NCBI GenBank assembly: GCA_963825525.1
Contig: CAWGTN010000002.1
Span: 352,001-416,000, forward strand
Length of the DNA stretch: 64,000 nt
DNA from: an uncultured Chloroflexia bacterium
GTDB lineage: Bacteria > Chloroflexota > Limnocylindria > QHBO01
Direction of reading: 5' to 3'
The position numbers and the translations under genes were made by a program. How positions within the stretch are numbered: position 1 is the stretch's first letter; the number at the start of each line of letters is the position of its first letter. The notes beneath the pieces are model-generated. The model searched no databases, was not told the DNA's origin, and was given only the letters and a program-made list of their open reading frames with translations. Shown in pieces: positions 51,480-60,246 of the stretch.

Positions 51480-52998
51480 CCGACGGACTGCCGCGGTCGC
51501 CGCGGCCCTGGTCTTGCTGCTCATGCTCATCCCGGGTCGCGTGGCAGCGCACGCCGTCGGCGGGACGTTCGAGCTGCCGGTGCCGCTGTGGCTCTATCTG
51601 GCCGGTGCCGGCGCCGCCGTGGCTGCGTCGTTCGTCGTGCTGGCCGTGGCGTCGCGCGGGGCACCCAGGGCAGCGCCCATCATCCCGATTCCTGCGTCAC
51701 TGGAGCACGTCGCCCGGCCCGTGCTCCGTGCCCTCGGGATGGTGTGGTGGTACGGCGCCATCGTGGTTGGGTTCGTGATCGGCGACATCTCGCCGCTGCC
51801 GGCCGTGCTGCTGTGGATCGGCATCTGGGTCGGTCTGCCCATCGTCTCGGTGCTGATCGGCAATCCATGGCCGTCGCTCAGCCCATTCCGCACGACCTTC
51901 GCGGGTCTCGAGTGGCTGGCGCGGCGTGCCGGCGCGGGTCGGCTGGACCTGGGCCTCACCTACCCTCCGGGCCTGGCGCGCTGGCCGGCATTCGCTCTTC
52001 TGGCGATTGCCATCTGGGTCGAGCTCGTGCTGCCGGGCGGCGAGGTGGCGGGCACCGTGGCGGTCCTCATGCTGTCGTACACGGTGATCACCTTGGCCGG
52101 GATGCTGTCCGTTGGACCCGCCGCATGGCTCCGTCACGCCGAACTGTTCGAGGTCCTGCTCGGTTGGTTCGGCAGGATCGGGCCGATCGGTCGCATCTCG
52201 ACCGATCCCGCCCTGTGCGCCGGCTGCGGCGATGAATGCGATCCGTCCCGATGCGTTGATTGCCCCGAGTGCTCCACCACGGCCGATGATGGCGAACGCC
52301 ATGCGGTGCTGCGGCCCTGGGCCGCCGGGCTGATGGACGCGGGCCGGTCCGGTCCGTCCGACGCGGCATTCATCATCCTGGCGCTGGCCGGCGTCACCTA
52401 CGACGGACTGCAAGAGACCTCGATCGGTGGATGGCTGTTCGACCTCGTCTACGGTCCACTCGCCTCGCTGCTGGGTCCCACGGACGCCCGGACGTTCCTC
52501 CTCGCCGAGACGGCGCAGTTCGCGCTGGTCTTCGTCTCATTCATGGCGGCCTTCGTGCTGGTGATCGCGTCGGCCCGGCTCATCGGCGCATCTCAGCACC
52601 GGCGACCCCTCGGGTCGGACCTCGGCCGCTACGCGATCACCCTGCTCCCGATCGCGGGCGGATACCTCATCGCGCACTACTTCACGCTGGTCATCCAGGG
52701 CATCGTCTGGCTGCCGTCGCTGATCGTCGATCCGTTGATGAGCCTGGCCCCCCAGCTCGACGCCATCCCGATTGCTCTCGTCTGGTACACGAGCGTCGGG
52801 GCGATCGTGGTCGGGCACGTCATCGGGATCGTGCTGGCGCATCGGCTTGCGAAGGCGGATGACCCGAGCCGCTCGACCATCGCCGGCCTACCCCTGGTCG
52901 GGTTGATGATCGGATACACGGTCCTGTCACTCTGGATCATCGCCGCGCCGCTGGTCGTCGAGCCCGGTATTCCGCCGGCCGCGCTGCTCCTTCCATGA
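51469..52998 (+). CDS. Multi-pass membrane protein with a six-Cys insert
   Basis: AH..LPVPLWLY, SPF, YDG, LLPIAGGYLIAHYF, GHV...AH, M..YT..SLW; CAGCGDECDPSRCVDCPEC. Confidence 0.75.
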   Translation: MSPSRRTAAVAAALVLLLMLIPGRVAAHAVGGTFELPVPLWLYLAGAGAAVAASFVVLAVASRGAPRAAPIIPIPASLEHVARPVLRALGMVWWYGAIVVGFVIGDISPLPAVLLWIGIWVGLPIVSVLIGNPWPSLSPFRTTFAGLEWLARRAGAGRLDLGLTYPPGLARWPAFALLAIAIWVELVLPGGEVAGTVAVLMLSYTVITLAGMLSVGPAAWLRHAELFEVLLGWFGRIGPIGRISTDPALCAGCGDECDPSRCVDCPECSTTADDGERHAVLRPWAAGLMDAGRSGPSDAAFIILALAGVTYDGLQETSIGGWLFDLVYGPLASLLGPTDARTFLLAETAQFALVFVSFMAAFVLVIASARLIGASQHRRPLGSDLGRYAITLLPIAGGYLIAHYFTLVIQGIVWLPSLIVDPLMSLAPQLDAIPIALVWYTSVGAIVVGHVIGIVLAHRLAKADDPSRSTIAGLPLVGLMIGYTVLSLWIIAAPLVVEPGIPPAALLLP

Positions 52999-53708
52999 CC
53001 GAGGTCAGCATCGGGCTTGCGTTCCTTGCCGGCCTGATCTCGTTCATCTCGCCGTGCGTGCTGGCCCTGCTGCCGGTCTACCTTGCCTTCCTGGGCGATG
53101 CGGCTGCGCTTTCGACCATTCCGGGCGGTGCAACCGTCACCTCGAGGACGTCGGTTGTCACGCAGGCGCTGCTGTTCATCGGCGGCTTCACGGCCGTCTT
53201 CGTGATCCTCGGCACGTCACTGGGCCTCGTCGGCGGGCCGCTGTTCCGGATCCCGGAGATCCGGCAGGTTGCGGGCGTGGCCGTGATCGTCCTCGGGGTC
53301 CTGACGACCGGCGTCTTCGGCCCGGTCCTCGATCGCGTGCGCGTGGGCCTGGATCCCGCCGCTCTGCCGGCGGCGCGTTCGGTTCGATCGTTGGCGCTCG
53401 GTGCGTTCGTGGCGGTCGGCTGGTCACCGTGCATCGGCCCGGTCCTGGGCGCCATCTTCACGATGGGGGTCTCCAGCGGCTCCGCGCCGGCGGTGTTCGT
53501 GCTGCTCGTGGCCTACTCGGCGGGACTCGCCGTTCCGTTCCTTGCGGCCGCGGTTGCGCTCCCCCGCCTCCGGCCGCTGCTCGACTGGCTGCGGCGTCAC
53601 CACACGGCGGTCCAAGTGGTCTCCGGCGCGTTCATTATCGGCATCGGCATCATGATCTTCTTCAACGTCTTCGCCCAGCTTGCGGGGCTGTTCGTCTTCG
53701 TGCTGTAG
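52995..53708 (+). CDS. ccdA: Cytochrome c biogenesis protein CcdA
   Basis: SFISPCVL, GWSPCIGPVL, YSAGLAVPF. Confidence 0.93.
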   Translation: MTEVSIGLAFLAGLISFISPCVLALLPVYLAFLGDAAALSTIPGGATVTSRTSVVTQALLFIGGFTAVFVILGTSLGLVGGPLFRIPEIRQVAGVAVIVLGVLTTGVFGPVLDRVRVGLDPAALPAARSVRSLALGAFVAVGWSPCIGPVLGAIFTMGVSSGSAPAVFVLLVAYSAGLAVPFLAAAVALPRLRPLLDWLRRHHTAVQVVSGAFIIGIGIMIFFNVFAQLAGLFVFVL

Positions 53709-53711
53709 GAC

Positions 53712-53726
53712 TGGCACGGGCCCTGC
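53712..53726 (+). promoter_or_regulatory. Putative sigma54 promoter
   Basis: TGGCACGGGCCCTGC upstream of the PfpI gene. Confidence 0.55.
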
Positions 53727-53764
53727 GTCGTCCCTCTGGCAAAGCCGAGTACCAGGAGAACCCG

Positions 53765-54337
53765 ATGAACCTCGACGGACTCAAGGTCGCCGTGCTGGTG
53801 ACCGATGGTTACGAGCCAAGCGAGCTGACGGAGCCGGTCGCCGCCCTGCAGCAGGCGGGAGCGACCACCACGATCATCTCGAACCACGACGGCACCATCA
53901 CTGGGAAGACTGATGCCGACACCGCGCAGGTCGACCTCACCCTCGACGGGGCCGATGCTGCCGAGTTCGACGCATTGCTGATCCCCGGCGGCACGAAGAA
54001 TCCCGACACAATGCGACAGGAGCCGAAGGCGGTCGATTTCGTGCGCGCCATGTTCGACGCGAAGAAGCCGATGGCCTCCATCTGCCACGGCCCGTGGATG
54101 CTCATCGAGGCCGACGTCGTGCGCGGCCGCCGCGTGACGAGCTACCCCTCGCTGAGGACGGACCTGCGCAACGCCGGCGCCGAGTGGACCGATGAGGAGG
54201 TCGTCGTCGACCAGGGCCTCGTCACGGCCCGCACGCCGAAGGATCTCCCCGCGTTCAACGCCAAGATGGTCGAGGAGTTCGGCGAGGGCACCCACGACCG
54301 CCGATCGACGGCCGCCGAGCCCGTCAGCGCCGGCTGA
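53765..54337 (+). CDS. PfpI/DJ-1 family protein
   Basis: SD AGGAG; DGYEPSE, IPGG..NPD, ICHGPW, DLPAF. Confidence 0.93.
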   Translation: MNLDGLKVAVLVTDGYEPSELTEPVAALQQAGATTTIISNHDGTITGKTDADTAQVDLTLDGADAAEFDALLIPGGTKNPDTMRQEPKAVDFVRAMFDAKKPMASICHGPWMLIEADVVRGRRVTSYPSLRTDLRNAGAEWTDEEVVVDQGLVTARTPKDLPAFNAKMVEEFGEGTHDRRSTAAEPVSAG

Positions 54338-54446
54338 CGATCGGGAGGCGGGATGTCGAGCGCGTCCTCGCCCGAGTCGCGCACCGAGGCACCGCAGCAA
54401 GCGCCTGCCGAGGGTCGTCCGGCGCCGTGATCGGTATCCTTGCGGC

Positions 54447-54794
54447 ATGCCAGCCATTCCCAGCGGGACGGTCACCTTCGTGTTCACCGATATCGAAGGC
54501 AGCACGCAGCTTCTGAAGCGGCTTGGAGACCGCTACGCCGAGCTCCTGGGCCAGCATCGGCGCCTGCTGCGCGCCACCTTTGCCGAGCATGACGGCCAGG
54601 AGATCGACACGCAGGGCGATGCGTTCTTCTATTCGTTCGCACGTGCCCGCCAGGCAGTGGCCGCGGCGGTCCAGGCCCAGCGAGCGCACGACGAAGCCTC
54701 GTGGCCCGACGACGTCGTCCTCCGCGTCCGGATGGGCCTCCACACCGGTGAGCCTCTCGTCGGTGAGGAGGGGTACACCGGCCTCGATGTCGTC
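54447..54794 (+). pseudogene. Truncated class III adenylate/guanylate cyclase
   Basis: PSGTVTFVFTDIEGST, QGDAF, RMGLHTGE..GYTGLDVV, then homology stops before the RAAR helix. Confidence 0.75.
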
Positions 54795-54933
54795 CTGACC
54801 GACGATGACTTGGCAGTGGGCGCCCAGCCCATCCGACATGTTTGCGGTGCTTTCCACCGGATGGACCGCACTTGTCACGATGCTGCCAAAGAGTCGGGGC
54901 TCGGCCCTGCACGGACCAGTACGTGGAACGCCG

Positions 54934-55527
54934 CTACTCGGTGCCCTCGAGCCAGCCCTCTCGCAGCGCCCTGGCCGTCAGCTCCGTGCGTGAGGCGACG
55001 CCCGTTCGTTCGAACAGTCGCCGCAGATGCGATTCCACGGTTCTCGAGCTGATGCCAAGCCGCCCGCCGATCTCATCGTTCGACGAGCCGCTGACGATGA
55101 GGTCGACCACCTCCCGCTCCCGGGCCGATAGCCGGACCCCACCTCCGGGCCTGACGCCGAAGGCCAGTCCGCCCGAGGCCGCCCGCCGAATCGCGTCCAG
55201 CAGCTCCGACGTGGGGGCGGTCTTGACCACAAACCCGGCCGCGCCGAGCCGCATGGCGGCATCGGCGTATTGAGGGTAGTCGTACGACGTCAGGCAGACC
55301 ACGGCCGGCAATGCCGAGTCACCGCGGTCGCGCAGGAGCTCGAATCCGGACTCCTGCCCGAGGCGGAGGTCGAGCAGCAGGACGTCGACCGAGCCATCGA
55401 GGAGCGGGCGCAGCTCGTCCAGCGATCCAGCCACTCCGGCGATCTGCATGTCATCGGCGCGATCGATGATGGCGGCCGTTCCCTCGCGCACCAGCGGATG
55501 GTCGTCGACGACCGCGACCCGGATCAT
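54934..55527 (-). CDS. NarL/LuxR family response regulator
   Basis: VDDHPLVREG, LLDLRL, K, LSARERE..SNDEI..TVESH. Confidence 0.94.
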   Translation of the reverse strand: MIRVAVVDDHPLVREGTAAIIDRADDMQIAGVAGSLDELRPLLDGSVDVLLLDLRLGQESGFELLRDRGDSALPAVVCLTSYDYPQYADAAMRLGAAGFVVKTAPTSELLDAIRRAASGGLAFGVRPGGGVRLSAREREVVDLIVSGSSNDEIGGRLGISSRTVESHLRRLFERTGVASRTELTARALREGWLEGTE

Positions 55528-55539
55528 CGGCTCACTGGC

Positions 55540-57950
55540 TCATTGCGGGCGCCACTCGAGAGCGACACGCGTGCCGCCGCTCGGCCAGCGACGAACGTCG
55601 AGCAGGGCGCCGATCTGCTCCGCCCGCTGCTGCATGTTGACGAGCCCGAAGTGGCCATCGCCCGGCGCCTCCTCGGTGGCGTCGGAGCCGATCCCGTCGC
55701 CGGCGTCGTCGATGGCCAGCGTGACCCGTCCATCGGCGCTCACGTCGTAGCGGACCGCGATCGGCGGCTTGCCATGCTTGATCGCATTGGTCAGCGCTTC
55801 CTGGGCGACGCGGAAGACCGCCAGCTCCACGTCGGCGGGCGGGCGCGAGGCGTCGGAGCGCTCGAGCTTCACCACGCCGCCGGCAAGGGGCTCGACACGC
55901 TCGACGAGCCATTCGAGCGCGGCTCCGGCACCCAGATCGTCGAGGATCGGCAGGCGCAGGTCCCCGACCACGGAGCGCAGCTTCGTCGCGACCTCGCGTG
56001 CCTCGGCGGCTTCGGCTTCGTGGCCACCCTCGTCGAGGGTACGGACCAGCATGGTGAGCTGCTGGAGCGCGTCGTCGTGGAGGTCCGCGGCCAGGCGAGC
56101 GCGCTCCGTCTCCGCGGCCGCGACCGCGACGTCGCGCTGGAGCTGGGTCCTGACTGCCAGTCCAACGAGCGGATTGATCGCGAGGTAGCGCCAGACCACG
56201 ATCCCGCCAAGCCAGCCGGCAAGGATCAGCCCGCCGGCCGAGTTCGGTACGAGGACCAGCGACGCGACAAGTGGTGTTGCGGCCACCGCAAGCGTCTCGA
56301 GGCGCCACGCCATCGCCCTCGGTTCGGTCCGATCAGCGAAGGCGACCGGGATGCCCGGGATGAGTGGGATCAATCCCACCAGAGGGACGAAGAAGCGGGA
56401 TTGGAGCAGGGCGGTGATGACGAACAGGCCGGCGAGGCCGACCGAAGCCATGAAGAGGCGTGCCGCAAGTGATGGATCGGAGTGGCGCGACGCGAGCAGA
56501 TGCGCGACCGACAATCCGGCAAAGGCGGCCGGCAGCAACAGGATCGGTTGACCTTCGGAGTACGACCCCCAGGCGGCGGGCACCAGGAGGATCGGAACGG
56601 CGACGGCTGCTGCCAGACGGAATGGCCGCATCGGTCCAGTCGCTGCCGAACACGCCCTGGCGCAGCCCGATCCAGATCACGAGGCCGACGGCAGAACCGA
56701 GGACGATCGCCCACTCCGACTGGTGGGTGAGAGAGATGACCAGTGCGAGGCCGATGAGCGCGAGGGTGAGCAGGTCCCGACGCTCGCGATCGAGCGGGGA
56801 CGCCGTCGGATCCGGCGAGATCCGCACCGATCGCATGCGCGCGAACCCCGCGCTGACCCGTCGCATTCCTCGCTCCCACGGAAGCGCAAAGCTGGTGGCA
56901 ACAGCCCCGAACGCCACCATGGGCCACACCGGCATGACGTCGCTCGGCACGATGGCAACGAGGCCGATGGCGGGCAGGATGCCCAGCGCAAACAGCTGCC
57001 CGCGCTCGCGTGCGCTGCGCTTCCCGGTCAGTCCGGCAAGCACCCCGGGCGCGAATGCAACGGCGCCATAGAGCACGGCGATCGGGCCTCGCTCGTCCGG
57101 TGACAGCGTCGGCGTCGTCATGTGCTGCACCACGAGCAGCGCCGCCACCACGGCGGCTCCGCCAGTGATCGCCAGTCCCGCCCGCCTACGGCCCTGAGAC
57201 GACATGTGGTCGACGAGTCCCATGCCCAGGAGCACGGCCACAGCAAGCGTGGTCGCCCAGGTCGCGGCGACGCCGACCCCGCTACCGACTTCGACGACCG
57301 GGACCAGCAGGAGCGGCAACGCCACGGCCACAGCGGCGACGAACGCCAAGCGCCGTCCCGCAGCGCCCATCAGTCCGCGGAGGAGGAGATACGCGACGAT
57401 GGCGGCCAGCAGCAGGCCGAACCCCACGGCGTAGATGTCGGTGGCGAGCGTGCTCTCGAGCCACTGGCGCTCCATCATTCCGTACCCGTACACCACGACC
57501 CCGCGCTGGTCGCCCTCGAACGCGCCTGTCTTCGTAGACGTCGCCCACGATGATGCCGGCGATGCGGCCGGATGAGATCGCCTCGATCGGGATGGACATG
57601 GCGTCGCCGTATTCCGAGTGCATGACGACCTCCCCGACGCCAGGCGAATCCAGCGTCGATACGGACTCAACCGGGGCACCGTCGACCGTGGTCAGGGACA
57701 CGACGCGCGAGCCGGGGTAGATGCCGTTGCGCGCGGCGTTCCCATCAGGCGTGACGGACACGACGAAGACGCCCGGGAGGGTCGCATCCGCGAATCCGGG
57801 CAAGGGCATCATCGCGGCGGCCTGCGATCCCTCCGCGAGCTCGAGCCCGATGGCGACGCGGCCGTTCGCCCACAACGCGACGCTCGACAGCACGGCGCCG
57901 GTCGCGATGAGGATCGCCAGGACGTCGCGCCAGGTGGGTCGCAGCGGCAT
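55540..57950 (-). CDS. Polytopic sensor histidine kinase (HisKA_3) with N-terminal PDZ-like domain; frameshifts near 57530 and 56630
   Basis: VVSVTPDGNAARNGIYPG..VDGAPV; many TMs; ERARLAADLHD, QEALTNAIKH, HFGL..M..RA. Confidence 0.82.
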
Positions 57951-58075
57951 GCTCGGACCATACCAGCGCTCCATCGGCCCACCAATGCGGTAGATCACCT
58001 AATCGGAAGCGGTGAGCCACCGGATGGGCGTCGGCTCATCTCACGGTCACCATTGGCTGCCGAGGAGGTGAATCG

Positions 58076-58171
58076 ATGCAGACCCTTCGCGCGTCCGCCA
58101 TCGCGGTCCCGTTCGTCGCCCTCGCCGTGCTGGTGGCGCTGCTCTCTCTGATCGTCGGGCCGGGGGCCTAG
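58076..58171 (+). CDS. 31-aa hydrophobic peptide
   Basis: SD GAGGAGGTG; MQTLRASAIAVPFVALAVLVALLSLIVGPGA. Confidence 0.7.
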   Translation: MQTLRASAIAVPFVALAVLVALLSLIVGPGA

Positions 58172-58202
58172 GCGTCTTTGCCGGCTAAGCACCGAGATTC
58201 GG

Positions 58203-58631
58203 CTAGGCGGGCGAGGCGTCCCCGATTTGACGGCCTTCACCTTCGCAGCCCCAGCCGATCCTTGGCTGCGGACGGCCACCGATCAAGGGTCCGTCGCGTT
58301 CGACGAACACGATGAGCTGCTCGTTCGGTGTCCCCGCGACGTCGCCAACTTCGCCGTCGGGCGGCGGCACGCACCAGCACTCGGAGTAGCCTGCGTTCCC
58401 GTTCATCGACGTCCCGTAGGAGTAGCGCCAGCTTGGACGGATGCCAGCAGCCTCGAGCGCCGCGCTCGCCTCTTCGGCGCTGAGTCCGGTGATCGGAGGC
58501 ACTTCCCTGTCGCCAAGCACCTCATCGGCAGCCGGCGGGTCCTGGCAAGCCAAACCGCTCTCTCCGATCCCGAGCCCGCACGCCGTCAGCACCGTGAACA
58601 GGCCGATGAGCAACCCGACTCGCACGACCAT
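58203..58631 (-). CDS. Hypothetical lipoprotein with PASTA-like segment
   Basis: LTAC; VPPITGLSAEEA.AALEAAG; CWCVPPP. Confidence 0.7.
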   Translation of the reverse strand: MVVRVGLLIGLFTVLTACGLGIGESGLACQDPPAADEVLGDREVPPITGLSAEEASAALEAAGIRPSWRYSYGTSMNGNAGYSECWCVPPPDGEVGDVAGTPNEQLIVFVERDGPLIGGRPQPRIGWGCEGEGRQIGDASPA

Positions 58632-58632
58632 G

Positions 58633-58734
58633 CTACGAGCGGCGGAACGCGAAGATCATCACCACGATCACGATGATGACCACGACCAGCCCCACGATGA
58701 GCCCGACTGGCGAGCCAACATCGACCGTATTCAC
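58633..58734 (-). CDS. 33-aa single-TM small protein
   Basis: GGGAGG upstream; MNTVDVGSPVGLIVGLVVVIIVIVVMIFAFRRS. Confidence 0.6.
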   Translation of the reverse strand: MNTVDVGSPVGLIVGLVVVIIVIVVMIFAFRRS

Positions 58735-58759
58735 GCGGCGATCCTCCCCTGGGTCGTTC

Positions 58760-58835
58760 TGGCGCCCCCGGAGGGATTCGAACCCCCGACGCCCGCCTTA
58801 GGACGGCGGCGCTCTATCCACTGAGCTACGGGGGC
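58760..58835 (-). tRNA. tRNA-Arg(CCT)
   Basis: GCCCCCGTAGCTCAGTGGATAGAGCG-CCGCC-GTCCTAA-GGCGG...GGTTCGAATCC...GGCGCCA. Confidence 0.95.
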
Positions 58836-58869
58836 GGCGCCAGCTCAAGCCTACCGTATCATCCGCGCC

Positions 58870-59103
58870 ATGCCGTCCCGTCCCACGCTCTATGTCCGCC
58901 ACGGGTGCCACCTGTGCGAGGACGCGAGCGTCCTTCTCGACGCCATGCTGGGAGCCGATGGATGGGACGCGGTCGACATCGAGGCCGATGACGACCTCCT
59001 CGTGCGCTACGCGCACCGAATCCCCGTGCTCGCCGTCGACGGCGAGGATCGGTGCGAACTGATGATCACCCGTCCCGACGTCGAGGCGGCGCTGGCCCGA
59101 TGA
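58870..59103 (+). CDS. Glutaredoxin-like protein (DUF836)
   Basis: GCHLCEDA, VDI..D..L..RY..RIPV. Confidence 0.88.
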   Translation: MPSRPTLYVRHGCHLCEDASVLLDAMLGADGWDAVDIEADDDLLVRYAHRIPVLAVDGEDRCELMITRPDVEAALAR

Positions 59104-59657
59104 TCCCCGCGGTGCTGCGGCGACGTCGGTGGAGCCTCGCATGGCTCATCGGCATCATCGGCCTGGCGATCGTATTCGGCGTGCTGGCGACCATCCCGCT
59201 GCTGCGCGGCACGCCCGACGGTCGGAGTGGGCCCCTGGTCGGCCAGCCGGCGCCTGAATTCCGGCTCGAGGACCTCGCGGGCCGCACCTGGTCCCTCGAT
59301 GAGGCCGATGGCCGCCTGGTCTGGGTCAACTTCTGGGCCACGAGCTGCGAGCCATGCCGCACCGAGATGCCGGCCATGCAACGCCTGGCGGACGCCTACC
59401 CCGACGAGCTGCTCATCCTTGGGATCGATTGGGGCGAGGGACGCGACGCTGTCACAGACTTCGTCGACCGCTACGGCGTCGAGTATCCGATCCTGCTGGA
59501 CCCCACTCTCGAGACCTACTACCGCTGGGCGGGAACGGACGGCCTTCCACGCCACTACTTCATCGGCGCCGAGGGGACCGTCCTGCGAGAGGTGATCGGC
59601 CCGCTCGATCCGGCACGCATGGTGACGATCGTCGAGGAGCTACTGGAGGGGGCGTGA
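59100..59657 (+). CDS. TlpA/ResA-like thiol-disulfide oxidoreductase
   Basis: TM; APEF.L; VNFWATSCEPCRTEMP; GLP. Confidence 0.9.
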   Translation: MIPAVLRRRRWSLAWLIGIIGLAIVFGVLATIPLLRGTPDGRSGPLVGQPAPEFRLEDLAGRTWSLDEADGRLVWVNFWATSCEPCRTEMPAMQRLADAYPDELLILGIDWGEGRDAVTDFVDRYGVEYPILLDPTLETYYRWAGTDGLPRHYFIGAEGTVLREVIGPLDPARMVTIVEELLEGA

Positions 59658-59713
59658 GCGCGAAACAGGCCGGGCGTCGCGCCCGGCCTGTTGGCATGTG
59701 GATCGGCTCGAGG

Positions 59714-60148
59714 TCAGCCCTCGACGACGATCGCCCCGGTCATCTCGGCCGGGTGCAGGTCGCACACGAAGAAGTACTCCCCCGCCTCGAGCGTGGGAAC
59801 CTCGACCTCGACAGTCGCGCCGGCGTCGATGATCTCGCCGGTGACGATGGCCTCGCCACCCTCCTCGGTGTAGACGCTGAAGTTGTGCGGGACGGTGTCG
59901 TTGTTGACGAGGGTGACGGTGAACGCCTCGCCGGCCGTCGCCTGGATAACGTTGGCGTCGAACGCCAGGTCGGCCGCGGTGATCTCGGCGGCGCCATCGA
60001 TGACGCCGATGGTGCCACCACCTGTGTTGTCGTCATCGGCCGACGCGCCGTCGCCGCTCCCGGAAGAGCACGCCGCGAGCACGAAGGCGAGGGTAGCGAG
60101 GATGATCAGGAACGGCGCACGACGCAGCGCCGATGGGTTGGTCTTCAT
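59714..60148 (-). CDS. Cupredoxin (type 1 copper) lipoprotein
   Basis: LAAC; PHNF; CDLHPAEMTG. Confidence 0.88.
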   Translation of the reverse strand: MKTNPSALRRAPFLIILATLAFVLAACSSGSGDGASADDDNTGGGTIGVIDGAAEITAADLAFDANVIQATAGEAFTVTLVNNDTVPHNFSVYTEEGGEAIVTGEIIDAGATVEVEVPTLEAGEYFFVCDLHPAEMTGAIVVEG

Positions 60149-60246
60149 TCGAGGAATTGTCCTTTCGACGAAGTCGATGCGGCTTCGGAAGTGGCGTCTC
60201 GCATGATACCCGGGTGAGCGCGTCACGTCCGGTGCCGACCAAGCGC

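Noticed and set aside
54810-54830. TGGGCGCCC as an att copy of the tRNA-Arg 3' end
   Set aside because: The match is too short for GC-rich DNA and no integrase is present.
58795-58810. G at position 32 of the tRNA-Arg anticodon loop
   Set aside because: A single-base oddity in an error-prone assembly cannot be supported without reads.
58441-58824. His/Asp-rich ORF (HHHDHDDDH) as a metal-binding protein
   Set aside because: It is the antisense reading of the Val/Ile codons of the 33-aa membrane ORF and overlaps the tRNA.
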